Part shown: positions 38,987 to 48,351 of the stretch, in pieces
Position numbering within the stretch: position 1 is the stretch's first letter
How the letters are laid out: every line of letters begins with the position of its first letter
Origin: Enterobacteria phage vB_EcoM_IME339
Sequence record: MH051915
Reading direction: 5' to 3' (one strand)
DNA length: 64,000 bases
Translations under genes and position numbers: made by a program
The notes under the pieces: model-generated
Seen by the model: the letters and a program-made list of their open reading frames with translations, nothing else
The model's database searches: none
What the model was told of the DNA's origin: nothing

Positions 38987-39330
38987 ATAAAGTCAAATAT
39001 TCGTTCCCCGAGGCACTATTAATTCTTGCCGTGTCAGTATTTGCAGCTCTTGCTGGTAGTCTTATTGGATTGTTAATTGACTGTATTATTTTAAACATCG
39101 ATGGTTCAGCAATTATAACAGAGGTTTGGAGTGAACTTCGTTTTACTATAGCGATTACATTATTTTCATTCTTTGGTACCATGCTATATTTTCATTATGA
39201 TAATTTTAAAATAAATTGGCAAAGAAAAAAGGATTACAAAATACAATTAAAAGAATATAATAGCTACATGTCTTATATTGAAAATGAATCAATGAAAGAG
39301 TTTGTGAGTGATTGCAGGAAAATCAAATGA
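38968..39330 (+). CDS. Small membrane protein (hypothetical), paralogue family member
   Basis: 120 aa; transmembrane helices; C-terminal EFVSDCRKIK. Confidence 0.5.
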   Translation: MQKPKLNKVKYSFPEALLILAVSVFAALAGSLIGLLIDCIILNIDGSAIITEVWSELRFTIAITLFSFFGTMLYFHYDNFKINWQRKKDYKIQLKEYNSYMSYIENESMKEFVSDCRKIK

Positions 39331-39815
39331 TTTTAAAAACTCGCTGGTATGATTTAGATGACGGGGATGATGGCATTTCAGTTGATAGAGTTGACTGGAA
39401 TGGCTGTTCCGAAGATATGAAAAATTTGCTGATTAGGGAGTTTAGAATGGGATATCAACCAGTTAAGCCATCTACTGCAACAGATGATAAATTCGTGTGT
39501 ATTCATAATGGTCGCGCTAAATTAACGAACGCTGATTGGTTCACAGATAAGATTATGATTCTGTGGTATATTATTAGTTTTCCTGTGACATCATTTGTAT
39601 TTTGCTTCTTTGGAGAAAGTCCAGTAGGCAGAACGGAAGATTGGATTCTTTTAATTATACTTGTTAATATTTTTACAGCAGCAGTACTATCAGGAATATG
39701 GTGCGTGTTCATTGAAATGCCATGGCGGTTACGTAGGCAGCAAAAGATTTTTGATGAAAAGAAATATACTCAAAATTTAAATAATTTTATCACTGAATGC
39801 AGGAAATTAAAATGA
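39327..39815 (+). CDS. Small membrane protein (hypothetical), paralogue family member
   Basis: Track start 39312 is TTG; moved to ATG 39327 (ATGA overlap with upstream stop); transmembrane helices; C-terminal NFITECRKLK. Confidence 0.5.
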   Translation: MILKTRWYDLDDGDDGISVDRVDWNGCSEDMKNLLIREFRMGYQPVKPSTATDDKFVCIHNGRAKLTNADWFTDKIMILWYIISFPVTSFVFCFFGESPVGRTEDWILLIILVNIFTAAVLSGIWCVFIEMPWRLRRQQKIFDEKKYTQNLNNFITECRKLK

Positions 39816-40252
39816 AAACATTATCAGCTGGTATTATCTTTATGACAGAAGATAAAGATTTATTTATGGGACGAGTTACTGGTTCTCGTAAGCCTGGAAT
39901 GATGGCACATCGTTGGGATATTCCAAAGGGGCGTGTAGAAAGTTCTGATTTGAATGCACTGGAAGCTGCAAAAAGAGAATGTTTAGAAGAGACTGGCTTT
40001 AGTAATTATAATCCAGACCTTCTAGAAGACCTAGGTGTATTTAAATATTCTAGTAATAAAGACTTACAGTTGTTTTATTATACGATTCCAGTAGAGCATG
40101 AGATGTTTAGAAATTGCCATTGTGAGTCTTATTTTGAAAATAAAGATGGCGTTATGATTCCAGAGATGGATGCTTTTGCTCTTATTCCTCGTACTCAGTG
40201 GCAATATGTGATGGCTCCTTCACTTTACCGAATAATGAACAGCCTCTTTTAA
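39797..40252 (+). CDS. nudE: Nudix hydrolase NudE (e.1)
   Basis: 151 aa; Nudix box region GRVESSDLNALEAAKRECLEETGF; immediately upstream of e; alternative start ATG 39812. Confidence 0.85.
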   Translation: MQEIKMKTLSAGIIFMTEDKDLFMGRVTGSRKPGMMAHRWDIPKGRVESSDLNALEAAKRECLEETGFSNYNPDLLEDLGVFKYSSNKDLQLFYYTIPVEHEMFRNCHCESYFENKDGVMIPEMDAFALIPRTQWQYVMAPSLYRIMNSLF

Positions 40253-40818
<566 letters not shown>

Positions 40819-40842
40819 TTCACAGTTACTTGGAGGGATAAA

Positions 40843-41259
40843 ATGACTCGTATTAATTTGACTTTAGTATCTGAACTTGCTGATCAACATTTAATCGCAG
40901 AATACCGTGAACTGCCGCGTGTTTTTGGTATAGTTCGTAAACATGTTGCAAATGGTAAACGGGTTAAAGATTTTAAAATATCTTCCGAGTTTATTTTAGG
41001 TTCTGGTCATGTTACGTTCTTTTATGATAAGTTAGAATTTTTGCGAAAGCGTCAATCAGACATTATAACGGAATGCTTAAAACGTGGGTTTAGTATAAAA
41101 GATACTGAAGTTCCTGACATCAGCGATATTCCAGCAGAATGGAAAAATGATTATAATCCATGCAAATCAGCTATTAAGTTGAGTCAACAACGACTCGATG
41201 AAAAAATTTTAATGAAGCCACACTGGTATAAATACTACGGTAAAAATATTTACATTTAA
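40843..41259 (+). CDS. denV: Endonuclease V (pyrimidine dimer DNA glycosylase/AP lyase)
   Basis: 138 aa; [17 protein letters not shown]...YKYYGK matches T4 DenV. Confidence 0.93.
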   Translation: MTRINLTLVSELADQHLIAEYRELPRVFGIVRKHVANGKRVKDFKISSEFILGSGHVTFFYDKLEFLRKRQSDIITECLKRGFSIKDTEVPDISDIPAEWKNDYNPCKSAIKLSQQRLDEKILMKPHWYKYYGKNIYI

Positions 41260-41268
41260 AGGAAACAC

Positions 41269-41742
41269 ATGAAAACATATCAAGAATTTATCACTGAAGC
41301 AGCTATTAATTCTCAAATTATTGCTGAATCTTTTACTGATCTTTTGAAATTTAAAAAAGGTCAAAAAATCACTGCTGTATTGGATGATGGTACAGAAGTT
41401 GAGATGGATGTACAGGGATATAATTATGCAGTAGATGGAAAACTGTATAATAAATCTCACGCTAAATTTGATTCATTTGACGACTTTGTTAATACAGTTG
41501 AAGATGAAAAAACTCGTAGATCAATTTCAACTGGCGATGCTAAGGTTCTTATGGCGCACGGCCATGAACGTATCCGCGCCAAACAGAATAAAATGGGTGA
41601 AGATAATTTTGCATTAGTTGGTTATCAATCTGGTAAGCAAACTTATGGCTATCAGCGTACTGCTACCATGTATAACAAAAATGGTAAAATCGCTTTCGTG
41701 AATAGCAAAGGCTCTATTCAGTACGTCAAATCATTCAAATAA
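41269..41742 (+). CDS. Internal-protein-like capsid-targeted protein, function unknown
   Basis: 157 aa; N-terminus MKTYQEFITE|A is a near-consensus T4 capsid targeting sequence; sits after denV rather than between e and denV as T4 ipII/ipIII do. Confidence 0.75.
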   Translation: MKTYQEFITEAAINSQIIAESFTDLLKFKKGQKITAVLDDGTEVEMDVQGYNYAVDGKLYNKSHAKFDSFDDFVNTVEDEKTRRSISTGDAKVLMAHGHERIRAKQNKMGEDNFALVGYQSGKQTYGYQRTATMYNKNGKIAFVNSKGSIQYVKSFK

Positions 41743-41847
41743 GCAAATAAGAAATATGGGAACAAGCTGGACCTCATGATTCTATGAGGGATTCCCGCCA
41801 ACCTGTAATAAGGTCGAGCCTGAGTGCGGTAATGGGTAAATACAGAA

Positions 41848-42435
41848 ATGGACAATTCATGCGCCATGGAATGGCCCAAATTTAGAGAGAATAAAATGAG
41901 AACATTTTTAACTGGTCCTTATCTATCCCTGATGAATGCTTTTACACACCATTCTGATGCTAGAGTAGAAGAAATTTGTAAAAACGATTATATCCCACCA
42001 TTTGAAGACTTACTCAAACAGTATTGCACACTTCGACTAGATGGTGGACGTCAATCTGGTAAATCAACTGCTGTGACTAACTTTGCTGCTAATTGGCTGT
42101 ATGACGGTGGAACAGTTATTGTTCTTTCTAATACTTCAGCTTACGCTAAAATTTCTGCGGGCCACATTAAAAAAGAATTTTCGCGTTATTCTAATGATGA
42201 TATTCGATTCCGCTTATTTACTGATTCTGTGCGCAGTTTTATTGGCAATAAAGGAAGCAAGTTCAGGGGTTTATTGCTTTCGCGAATTTTGTATATAATT
42301 GATGAGCCTGTTAAAGCTCCCGATATGGATAAAATTTATGATATTCATATTGACACTGTACATTACTGTTGCAATAGCAAGTGTTGCATTGGTGGTATTA
42401 CTCGCCCGCAGTTTTTCGTAATTGGAATGCAATGA
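41848..42435 (+). CDS. Hypothetical protein (vs.8-like by position)
   Basis: 195 aa ORF; start uncertain (ATG 41848 or ATG 41896). Confidence 0.5.
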   Translation: MDNSCAMEWPKFRENKMRTFLTGPYLSLMNAFTHHSDARVEEICKNDYIPPFEDLLKQYCTLRLDGGRQSGKSTAVTNFAANWLYDGGTVIVLSNTSAYAKISAGHIKKEFSRYSNDDIRFRLFTDSVRSFIGNKGSKFRGLLLSRILYIIDEPVKAPDMDKIYDIHIDTVHYCCNSKCCIGGITRPQFFVIGMQ

Positions 42436-42761
42436 TGACAGATACGCAACTTTTCGAATATCTTTATTTTTCGCCAAAAACTATTAAAAATAAATTGGTG
42501 AATCATTTTGAAATTTTGGCAAATAACAACGTCTTGAGCGAATTTTATCCTAAGCAATACAAATTACAAAAAGGTGTATTCAAAGGATGCAGAGTTTTGT
42601 GTACTGCTCCTAATGCAAGATTAATGAATAAAATTCCATATTTTACCATGGAATTTATTGATGGACCTTTTAAAGGACTAATCACCCAAAGTTTAATGGC
42701 ATATGATTCTGAGCCATTTTTAATTAAAGAACAATCTTGGATAAATTTATTTTCTAATTGA
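42432..42761 (+). CDS. Hypothetical protein
   Basis: Track start 42381 is GTG; moved to ATG 42432 (MMTDTQ), overlapping the upstream stop. Confidence 0.5.
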   Translation: MMTDTQLFEYLYFSPKTIKNKLVNHFEILANNNVLSEFYPKQYKLQKGVFKGCRVLCTAPNARLMNKIPYFTMEFIDGPFKGLITQSLMAYDSEPFLIKEQSWINLFSN

Positions 42762-42769
42762 GAGGTTAT

Positions 42770-43132
42770 ATGAAAGCATATCAAATTCTTGAAGGCACGC
42801 ATAAAGGTACTATTTATTTTGAAGATGGTATTCAAGCGCGAATTATTGTTTCTAAAACCTTTAAAGAGGACTCTTTTGTAGACCCAGAAATTTTCTATGG
42901 TTTGCATGCCCGTGAAATTGAAATTGAAACACAACCTACAGTTAAAATTGAAGGTGGTCAACACCTGAACGTTAACGTTCTGCGTCGTGAAACTCTGGAA
43001 GATGCAGTTAAGCATCCGGAAAAATATCCGCAGCTGACCATCCGTGTATCCGGTTATGCAGTTCGCTTTAACTCTCTGACTCCGGAACAGCAACGCGACG
43101 TTATTGCTCGTACCTTTACTGAGAGTTTGTAA
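42770..43132 (+). CDS. Autonomous glycyl radical cofactor (GrcA/YfiD-like)
   Basis: Track start 42758 is TTG; moved to ATG 42770; 120 aa; C-terminal ~58 aa ([59 protein letters not shown]) match E. coli GrcA as I recall it, with the glycyl radical signature RVSGY. Confidence 0.9.
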   Translation: MKAYQILEGTHKGTIYFEDGIQARIIVSKTFKEDSFVDPEIFYGLHAREIEIETQPTVKIEGGQHLNVNVLRRETLEDAVKHPEKYPQLTIRVSGYAVRFNSLTPEQQRDVIARTFTESL

Positions 43133-43353
43133 TGGCAAAGATAATTATTGAAGGTTCTGAAGATGTGTTAAATGCTTTCGCCGAATGGTTTAGTAATTCA
43201 GGCGAACAGCAATTTAATGAAGCGTGGAACATGGGTGATATTAGTGGAATTTATCCTACGACAGAAATTTCTGTTCAAGGATATGGAATTCATGAACCTA
43301 TTCGTTTAGTTGAATATGATTTATGTACTGGTGAGGAAGTCAAATATGATTGA
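43132..43353 (+). CDS. Hypothetical protein
   Basis: 73 aa; start overlaps upstream stop (TAATG). Confidence 0.5.
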   Translation: MAKIIIEGSEDVLNAFAEWFSNSGEQQFNEAWNMGDISGIYPTTEISVQGYGIHEPIRLVEYDLCTGEEVKYD

Positions 43354-43612
43354 AGATATTAAGGGTTATAAGCCACATACTGAAGAGAAAATCGGTAAAG
43401 TGAATGCTATCAAAGATGCTGAAGTTCGTTTAGGACTTATCTTTGATGCTTTATATGATGAATTCTGGGAAGCACTAGATAATTGTGAAGACTGTGAATT
43501 CGCGAAGAATTATGCTGAAAGCCTTGATCAGTTAACTATTGCTAAAACTAAACTCAAAGAAGCCAGTATGTGGGCTTGTCGTGCTGTGTTCCAACCAGAG
43601 GAAAAATATTAA
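43346..43612 (+). CDS. Hypothetical protein (vs.4/Acb2 candidate by position; unverified)
   Basis: Track start 43310 is TTG; moved to ATG 43346 with GAGGAAG RBS; 88 aa. Confidence 0.45.
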   Translation: MIEDIKGYKPHTEEKIGKVNAIKDAEVRLGLIFDALYDEFWEALDNCEDCEFAKNYAESLDQLTIAKTKLKEASMWACRAVFQPEEKY

Positions 43613-43890
43613 TGGCTCAATTAAGCGCAGGGTTTGGTTATGAGTATTATACTGCCCCTCGTCGTGTATCTGTCGCTCCTAAGAAAATTCAAAGTCTTGA
43701 TGACTTCCAAGAAGTAGTCCGTAAAGCTTTCCAGGACTACGCACGTTATCTTAAAGAAGATTCACAGGACTGTCTCGAAGAAGATGAAATTGCTTACTAT
43801 GAGCAGCGTCTTGAACAGCTTAAAAACCTACATGAGGTTCGTGCAGAAGTTACAAAGTCTATGAATAAATTGATTAGATTTAAAGAATAA
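43612..43890 (+). CDS. Hypothetical protein (vs.3-like by position)
   Basis: Track start moved to ATG 43612 (MAQLSAG), TAATG overlap; 92 aa. Confidence 0.45.
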   Translation: MAQLSAGFGYEYYTAPRRVSVAPKKIQSLDDFQEVVRKAFQDYARYLKEDSQDCLEEDEIAYYEQRLEQLKNLHEVRAEVTKSMNKLIRFKE

Positions 43891-43922
43891 CTGTTTACTT
43901 TTCCTCTTGACTGTGGTATAAT
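43890..43922 (+). promoter_or_regulatory. T4 early promoter for regB
   Basis: GTTTAC -35 and TGTGGTATAAT extended -10, ~30 nt upstream of the regB RBS. Confidence 0.7.
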
Positions 43923-43949
43923 TTTTCTATCAGTTAAGAGGAGAATAAC

Positions 43950-44411
43950 ATGACTATCAACACAGAAGTTTTTATCCGTCGAAATAAGCTCCGTCGTCAC
44001 TTTGAGTCGGAGTTTCGTCAAATTAACAATGAGATTCGTGAGGCATCAAAAGCAGCAGGGGTCTCATCGTTTCATCTAAAATATTCTCAACATCTTCTTG
44101 ATCGTGCAATTCAACGGGAGATTGATGAGACATATGTTTTTGAATTATTCCACAAAATAAAAGACCATGTTTTAGAAGTTAATGAATTCCTGAGTATGCC
44201 TCCACGCCCTGATATTGACGAAGATTTTATTGATGGTGTTGAATATCGTCCTGGGCGTTTAGAAATCACAGATGGAAATCTTTGGCTTGGATTTACAGTT
44301 TGTAAACCTAATGCGAAGTTCAAAGACCCGTCGCTTCAATGCAGGATGGCAATTATCAACAGTCGTCGTTTACCGGGAAAGGCTTCTAAGGCAGTAATTA
44401 AAACTCAATGA
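43950..44411 (+). CDS. regB: Sequence-specific endoribonuclease RegB
   Basis: 153 aa; MTINTEVFIRRNKLRRHFESEF N-terminus and length match T4 RegB. Confidence 0.85.
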   Translation: MTINTEVFIRRNKLRRHFESEFRQINNEIREASKAAGVSSFHLKYSQHLLDRAIQREIDETYVFELFHKIKDHVLEVNEFLSMPPRPDIDEDFIDGVEYRPGRLEITDGNLWLGFTVCKPNAKFKDPSLQCRMAIINSRRLPGKASKAVIKTQ

Positions 44412-44418
44412 GGTAAGC

Positions 44419-44964
44419 ATGAGAAAAGCACTACTCGCTGGTCTATTGGCCATTTCTATGATGGCACATAGCTCCGAGCATACTTTCAGTAATGTCCAAC
44501 TCGATAACATGCGTTACGCGTATCAATTCGGGGAACAATTTTCTAAGGATGGAAAATATAAAACACACAAAAATATCCACAAGAGCGGATTAGGCCATAT
44601 AATGGCTGCTATTTTATGGCAAGAAAGCTCTGCCGGAGTTAATTTAAAATCTAAACCAAAGCATCACGCTTATGGAATGTTCCAAAATTATTTGCCTACT
44701 ATGCGAGCGAGAGTTAAGGAACTTGGTTATAATATGACCGATGCTGAAATAAAAAGAATGTTGAATAAACGGTCCAATTCAGCTTCCTGGGCGTACATTG
44801 AACTTTCTTATTGGTTAAATATACATAAGGGCGATATAAGAAAGGCAATATCCTCTTATAATTCGGGATGGAATGTTAAAGCAGGTTCTAAATATGCTTC
44901 TGAAGTCCTAGAAAAGGCTAATTACCTTAAAAATAATAAACTTTTGGAAATAGTAAATGACTAA
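44419..44964 (+). CDS. Secreted protein, vs.1-like (possible lytic transglycosylase-like fold)
   Basis: 181 aa with N-terminal signal peptide MRKALLAGLLAISMMAHS; position between regB and vs. Confidence 0.55.
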   Translation: MRKALLAGLLAISMMAHSSEHTFSNVQLDNMRYAYQFGEQFSKDGKYKTHKNIHKSGLGHIMAAILWQESSAGVNLKSKPKHHAYGMFQNYLPTMRARVKELGYNMTDAEIKRMLNKRSNSASWAYIELSYWLNIHKGDIRKAISSYNSGWNVKAGSKYASEVLEKANYLKNNKLLEIVND

Positions 44965-45304
44965 AATTTTGGTTTTATGTATAGGATTAATTTCATTTTC
45001 TGCTTCTGCGTTAGCAAATACATCATATACTGAAATTAGAGAGTATGTAAATCGCACTGCGGCAGATTATTGTGGGAAAAATAAAGCATGCCAAGCTGAA
45101 TTTGCGCAGAAATTAATATATGCATATAAAGACGGAGAAAGAGATAAATCAAGCAGATACAAAAACGATACATTATTAAAACGATATGCTAAAAAGTGGA
45201 ATACCTTAGAATGTTCAGTTGCGGAGGAGAAAGATAAAGCCGCTTGTCATTCAATGGTTGACCGTTTGGTAGATTCTTATAATCGAGGATTGAGTACTAG
45301 ATGA
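44957..45304 (+). CDS. vs: Valyl-tRNA synthetase modifier Vs (by position and length)
   Basis: 115 aa with signal-like N-terminus; follows vs.1 as in T4. Confidence 0.55.
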   Translation: MTKILVLCIGLISFSASALANTSYTEIREYVNRTAADYCGKNKACQAEFAQKLIYAYKDGERDKSSRYKNDTLLKRYAKKWNTLECSVAEEKDKAACHSMVDRLVDSYNRGLSTR

Positions 45305-45768
45305 TTGTAAAATATATCAAGGGCGATATTGTCGCCCTTTTCGCTGAAGGTAAAAATATTGCGCATGGATGCAATTGTTTTCATACTATGGGTTCAGGCG
45401 TAGCGGGTCAATTAACCAAAGCTTTCCCTAAAATTTTGGAAGCTGATAAATTACAGACTGAATGGGGTGATGTAACTAAACTTGGTTCTTACTCAGTCTA
45501 TGAAAAATACTTTAGGACTCATAAAGCGTATTGCTTCAACCTTTATACTCAATTTCAACCAGGGCCAAATTTTGAGTATTCCGCTTTAATGAATTGTATG
45601 TTAGAATTAAATGAGTTTGGTGAAAATAAACTGATTAAACCTACAATCTATATGCCTAGGATTGGTGCAGGCATAGGTAAAGGGAACTGGGATATTATTG
45701 AGGGGATTTTAGATACATATTCCTCTAAATTAGAAATTGTGATTGTTGATTGGGAACCATTATTATGA
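45301..45768 (+). CDS. Macro-domain protein (putative ADP-ribose binding/hydrolase)
   Basis: 155 aa; N-terminal GDIVALFAEGKNIAHGCNCFHTMGSGVAGQL resembles the macro-domain diphosphate-binding motif. Confidence 0.6.
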   Translation: MIVKYIKGDIVALFAEGKNIAHGCNCFHTMGSGVAGQLTKAFPKILEADKLQTEWGDVTKLGSYSVYEKYFRTHKAYCFNLYTQFQPGPNFEYSALMNCMLELNEFGENKLIKPTIYMPRIGAGIGKGNWDIIEGILDTYSSKLEIVIVDWEPLL

Positions 45769-45977
45769 ATATACATTATCCACATCCATATGACCCAAAG
45801 AATAAGGCAGTAATTATTCGTCAATGGGAACGCATTTGCCGTACTAAATGCCCAATTAATAGTCCACATGACGTAGATAAAGACTACATTGGAACATTCG
45901 TTGAATATACCTTTATTGATAAGAAAGGTCGTAAACAGCATGTAGAAGAATACTGCTTAAAGGTTACATGGTTATGA
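45765..45977 (+). CDS. Hypothetical protein
   Basis: Track start 45750 is TTG; moved to ATG 45765 (ATGA overlap); 70 aa. Confidence 0.45.
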   Translation: MNIHYPHPYDPKNKAVIIRQWERICRTKCPINSPHDVDKDYIGTFVEYTFIDKKGRKQHVEEYCLKVTWL

Positions 45978-46180
45978 GCCAAACTAGTATTCTTAAAAAT
46001 GCCCATTGTGAAAAGTGTAAATGGCCAGTTGTTTTTGCTTTATGCAACGATGAAATGGCTTGTGATTTCGATTATTGGTGCTATTGTTCTAATAAAGGAT
46101 GCATCAATCATAAAGGTGAAGGATTTTATTCGGGATTTTATCCTTATCCAGATTTCGTTAAAGAAGGTAAACCGAAATGA
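45968..46180 (+). CDS. Small Cys-rich protein (possible zinc binding)
   Basis: 70 aa with CxxC...CxxxxC...C pattern. Confidence 0.5.
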   Translation: MVMSQTSILKNAHCEKCKWPVVFALCNDEMACDFDYWCYCSNKGCINHKGEGFYSGFYPYPDFVKEGKPK

Positions 46181-46350
46181 ATAGTTCTGAGTTACAGTAT
46201 GAAGTGTTACGTGAGCTTGATAATTTAATTGAACTCGCTGTCAATAAAGGTTTTGCCATTGGAATCGGTCAAAAAGATACTGGTCATTTAACTATGGAAA
46301 TATTTAAGCAAAAGCGAATTATTTTAAAACTCCTGGAAATTAATATATGA
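46177..46350 (+). CDS. Hypothetical small protein (57 aa, below the ORF-track cut-off)
   Basis: ATGA overlap with upstream stop, and its own stop overlaps the next start; fills an otherwise uncoded gap. Confidence 0.4.
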   Translation: MNSSELQYEVLRELDNLIELAVNKGFAIGIGQKDTGHLTMEIFKQKRIILKLLEINI

Positions 46351-46532
46351 GTCTGAGTAAAGAACAAAAAGATAAATTGTTTGAGCTTATCCATGAACTT
46401 CTAGATGAGCATACAGAAGCAAACACCTTTTATGATGAATACGGCCCGCTATCTCCCGAACAGCAAGAAGAATTTGCTGATCGGTTTGATAAGAAAGAAA
46501 ACGAATTAATAGCTTATGTGAATACGCTTTAA
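46347..46532 (+). CDS. Hypothetical protein
   Basis: 61 aa acidic ORF immediately upstream of tk. Confidence 0.5.
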   Translation: MSLSKEQKDKLFELIHELLDEHTEANTFYDEYGPLSPEQQEEFADRFDKKENELIAYVNTL

Positions 46533-46541
46533 GAAGGTGAT

Positions 46542-47123
46542 ATGGCGAGTTTAATTTTTACTTATGCAGCAATGAATGCTGGAAAATCTGCTTCTCTTTT
46601 GACTGCTGCGCATAATTATAAAGAGCGCGGAATGAGTGTATTAGTTCTTAAGCCTGCTATTGATACTCGCGATTCTGTCTGTGAAGTCGTTTCTCGCATT
46701 GGAATTAAGCAGGAAGCAAATATTATTACAGATGATATGGATATTTTCGAGTTCTATAAATGGGCTGAAGCACAAAAAGATATTCATTGCGTATTTGTAG
46801 ATGAAGCCCAGTTTTTAAAAACTGAACAGGTGCATCAATTGAGCCGAATTGTTGATACATATAATGTTCCTGTTATGGCCTATGGTCTAAGGACTGATTT
46901 CGCCGGAAAATTATTTGAAGGTTCTAAAGAACTTTTGGCGATTGCAGATAAACTTATTGAACTAAAGGCAGTTTGTCATTGTGGTAAAAAAGCTATTATG
47001 ACAGCTCGATTAATGGAAGATGGAACACCCGTTAAAGAAGGTAATCAAATCTGTATTGGTGATGAAATTTATGTTTCTTTGTGTAGAAAACATTGGAATG
47101 AATTAACTAAAAAGCTCGGTTAG
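46542..47123 (+). CDS. tk: Thymidine kinase
   Basis: 193 aa; P-loop AMNAGKSAS and C-terminal zinc-ribbon cysteines; length as T4 Tk. Confidence 0.93.
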   Translation: MASLIFTYAAMNAGKSASLLTAAHNYKERGMSVLVLKPAIDTRDSVCEVVSRIGIKQEANIITDDMDIFEFYKWAEAQKDIHCVFVDEAQFLKTEQVHQLSRIVDTYNVPVMAYGLRTDFAGKLFEGSKELLAIADKLIELKAVCHCGKKAIMTARLMEDGTPVKEGNQICIGDEIYVSLCRKHWNELTKKLG

Positions 47124-47165
47124 TGCAAAAGTTATAAATAGGTTTATCTAACTAAAGGGGTATAT

Positions 47166-47378
47166 ATGCTACAATTAACTGAAAAGCAACTTCGCAATCT
47201 TACTGTTCTTCAATTAGATGAAATTCGTAGGGAAGTTGGAAATATCATTTCAGCTTTGCGTCGAGAAGTATCACTCAACCAATCTCCGGCAGACTATACT
47301 AGATTGCGAAATTTTGAAAAATACCTTGATAAAGTTAAGGCCGTGCATCGGCATAAAGTAAATACAGGACAAAAATGA
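47166..47378 (+). CDS. Hypothetical protein (rI.1-like by position)
   Basis: 70 aa; TATAAATA motif at 47133-47140 upstream. Confidence 0.5.
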
Positions 47379-47390
47379 TAGGAGGCCTTT

Positions 47391-47684
47391 ATGGCCTTAA
47401 AAGCAACGGCACTATTTGCCATGCTAGGATTAGCGTTTGCTTTATCTCCACCGATTGAAGCGAATGTCGATCCTCATTTTGATAAATTTATGGAATCTGG
47501 TATTAGACACGTTTATATGCTTTTTGAAAACAAAAGCGTAGAATCATCTGAACAGTTCTATAGTTTTATGCGAACGACTTATAAAAATGACCCGTGCTCT
47601 TCCGATTTTGAATGTATAGAGCGAGGCGCGGAGATGGCACAATCATACGCTAGAATTATGAACATTAAATTGGAGACTGAATGA
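47391..47684 (+). CDS. rI: Lysis inhibition regulator RI (periplasmic antiholin)
   Basis: 97 aa with signal peptide MALKATALFAMLGLAFALS; position next to tk as in T4. Confidence 0.75.
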   Translation: MALKATALFAMLGLAFALSPPIEANVDPHFDKFMESGIRHVYMLFENKSVESSEQFYSFMRTTYKNDPCSSDFECIERGAEMAQSYARIMNIKLETE

Positions 47685-48067
47685 AATTCAGCGACTTTTC
47701 ACAAAGTGGAAAACCTTCAAAGGCAGATGAATACTTAGGTTTATTAATGGCTGCACAAGCTTATTTTCATTCTGCGCATTTTGAAACTAAAAATTATGCT
47801 AGACACAAAGCATACGATTTTATTTTCTCCGAGTTGCCAGATTTGATTGATAAATTTGGTGAGCAATATTTGGGGTATTCTGGTAGAAAATACACGCCGT
47901 CAATTCCGGATGCCAGTAAACTTCCTACCGACACAATTAAAATGATTGATCGTATACTAGACCAATCTGACAGCATTTACAAAGAAATGCCTCCAGCCAT
48001 TCAAAGCACGATAGATGATATTACTGGAATGTTTTACCAGAGTAAGTATCTTCTTTCCCTCGAATAA
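47681..48067 (+). CDS. Hypothetical protein (rI.-1-like by position)
   Basis: 128 aa; ATGA overlap with the rI stop. Confidence 0.5.
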   Translation: MKFSDFSQSGKPSKADEYLGLLMAAQAYFHSAHFETKNYARHKAYDFIFSELPDLIDKFGEQYLGYSGRKYTPSIPDASKLPTDTIKMIDRILDQSDSIYKEMPPAIQSTIDDITGMFYQSKYLLSLE

Positions 48068-48071
48068 CATT

Positions 48072-48096
48072 AGTCTCCTTCGGGAGACTTTTTTCA
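48072..48096 (+). terminator. Rho-independent terminator
   Basis: AGTCTCC-TTCG-GGAGACT hairpin followed by TTTTTT. Confidence 0.7.
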
Positions 48097-48099
48097 TTT

Positions 48100-48136
48100 T
48101 ACCGGTTTACTTTCCATTTGAGCTGTGATACTATAC
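48100..48136 (+). promoter_or_regulatory. T4 early promoter
   Basis: GTTTAC -35 and TGTGATACTATAC extended -10, directly after the terminator. Confidence 0.65.
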
Positions 48137-48162
48137 AACCATCGGATAAAGAGGAGAACATC

Positions 48163-48351
48163 ATGAAAATTGAAGCACTTAATCAAGAAGGAAATATCTA
48201 CGTCATCATTAATGGTGATTTTTTCGTCGACATGGATGAAGTTACTAGTGAAGAACTTGTAGAACTTCTTAAGAAACGCTATGATATGTGTGATGAAGCT
48301 GCAACTCATATGGCGTGTGCAATATTCTCTCTTTCATATGTGGTGGAATAA
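48163..48351 (+). CDS. Hypothetical small protein
   Basis: Track start 48118 is TTG inside the promoter; moved to ATG 48163 (MKIEALNQ) with GAGGAG RBS. Confidence 0.5.
   Translation: MKIEALNQEGNIYVIINGDFFVDMDEVTSEELVELLKKRYDMCDEAATHMACAIFSLSYVVE

Noticed and set aside
36581-39330. N-terminal extensions in the ORF track (e.g. 36581, 38573, 39312, 42381, 42758, 43310, 45750, 48118, 51729, 56107, 59837)
   Set aside because: The first codon is TTG or GTG, often inside a promoter or the upstream gene; an in-frame ATG with a proper RBS lies a few codons downstream, so starts were moved.
38580-39815. Conserved C-terminal FxxECRKxK motif as a functional protein domain
   Set aside because: The conservation coincides with the overlapping RBS/start of the next gene, so it may be constrained at the nucleotide level rather than reflect a protein motif; reported only as a junction repeat.
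42545-43138. Minus-strand 197-aa ORF in the early region
   Set aside because: Overlaps plus-strand genes that have RBSs and host-like codon usage (GrcA-like); low-complexity translation; shadow ORF.
45999-46184. Alternative-frame 61-aa ORF overlapping the 45968-46180 gene
   Set aside because: Same strand but a different frame from the Cys-rich ORF that has the better start context; low-complexity Ile/Lys-rich translation.
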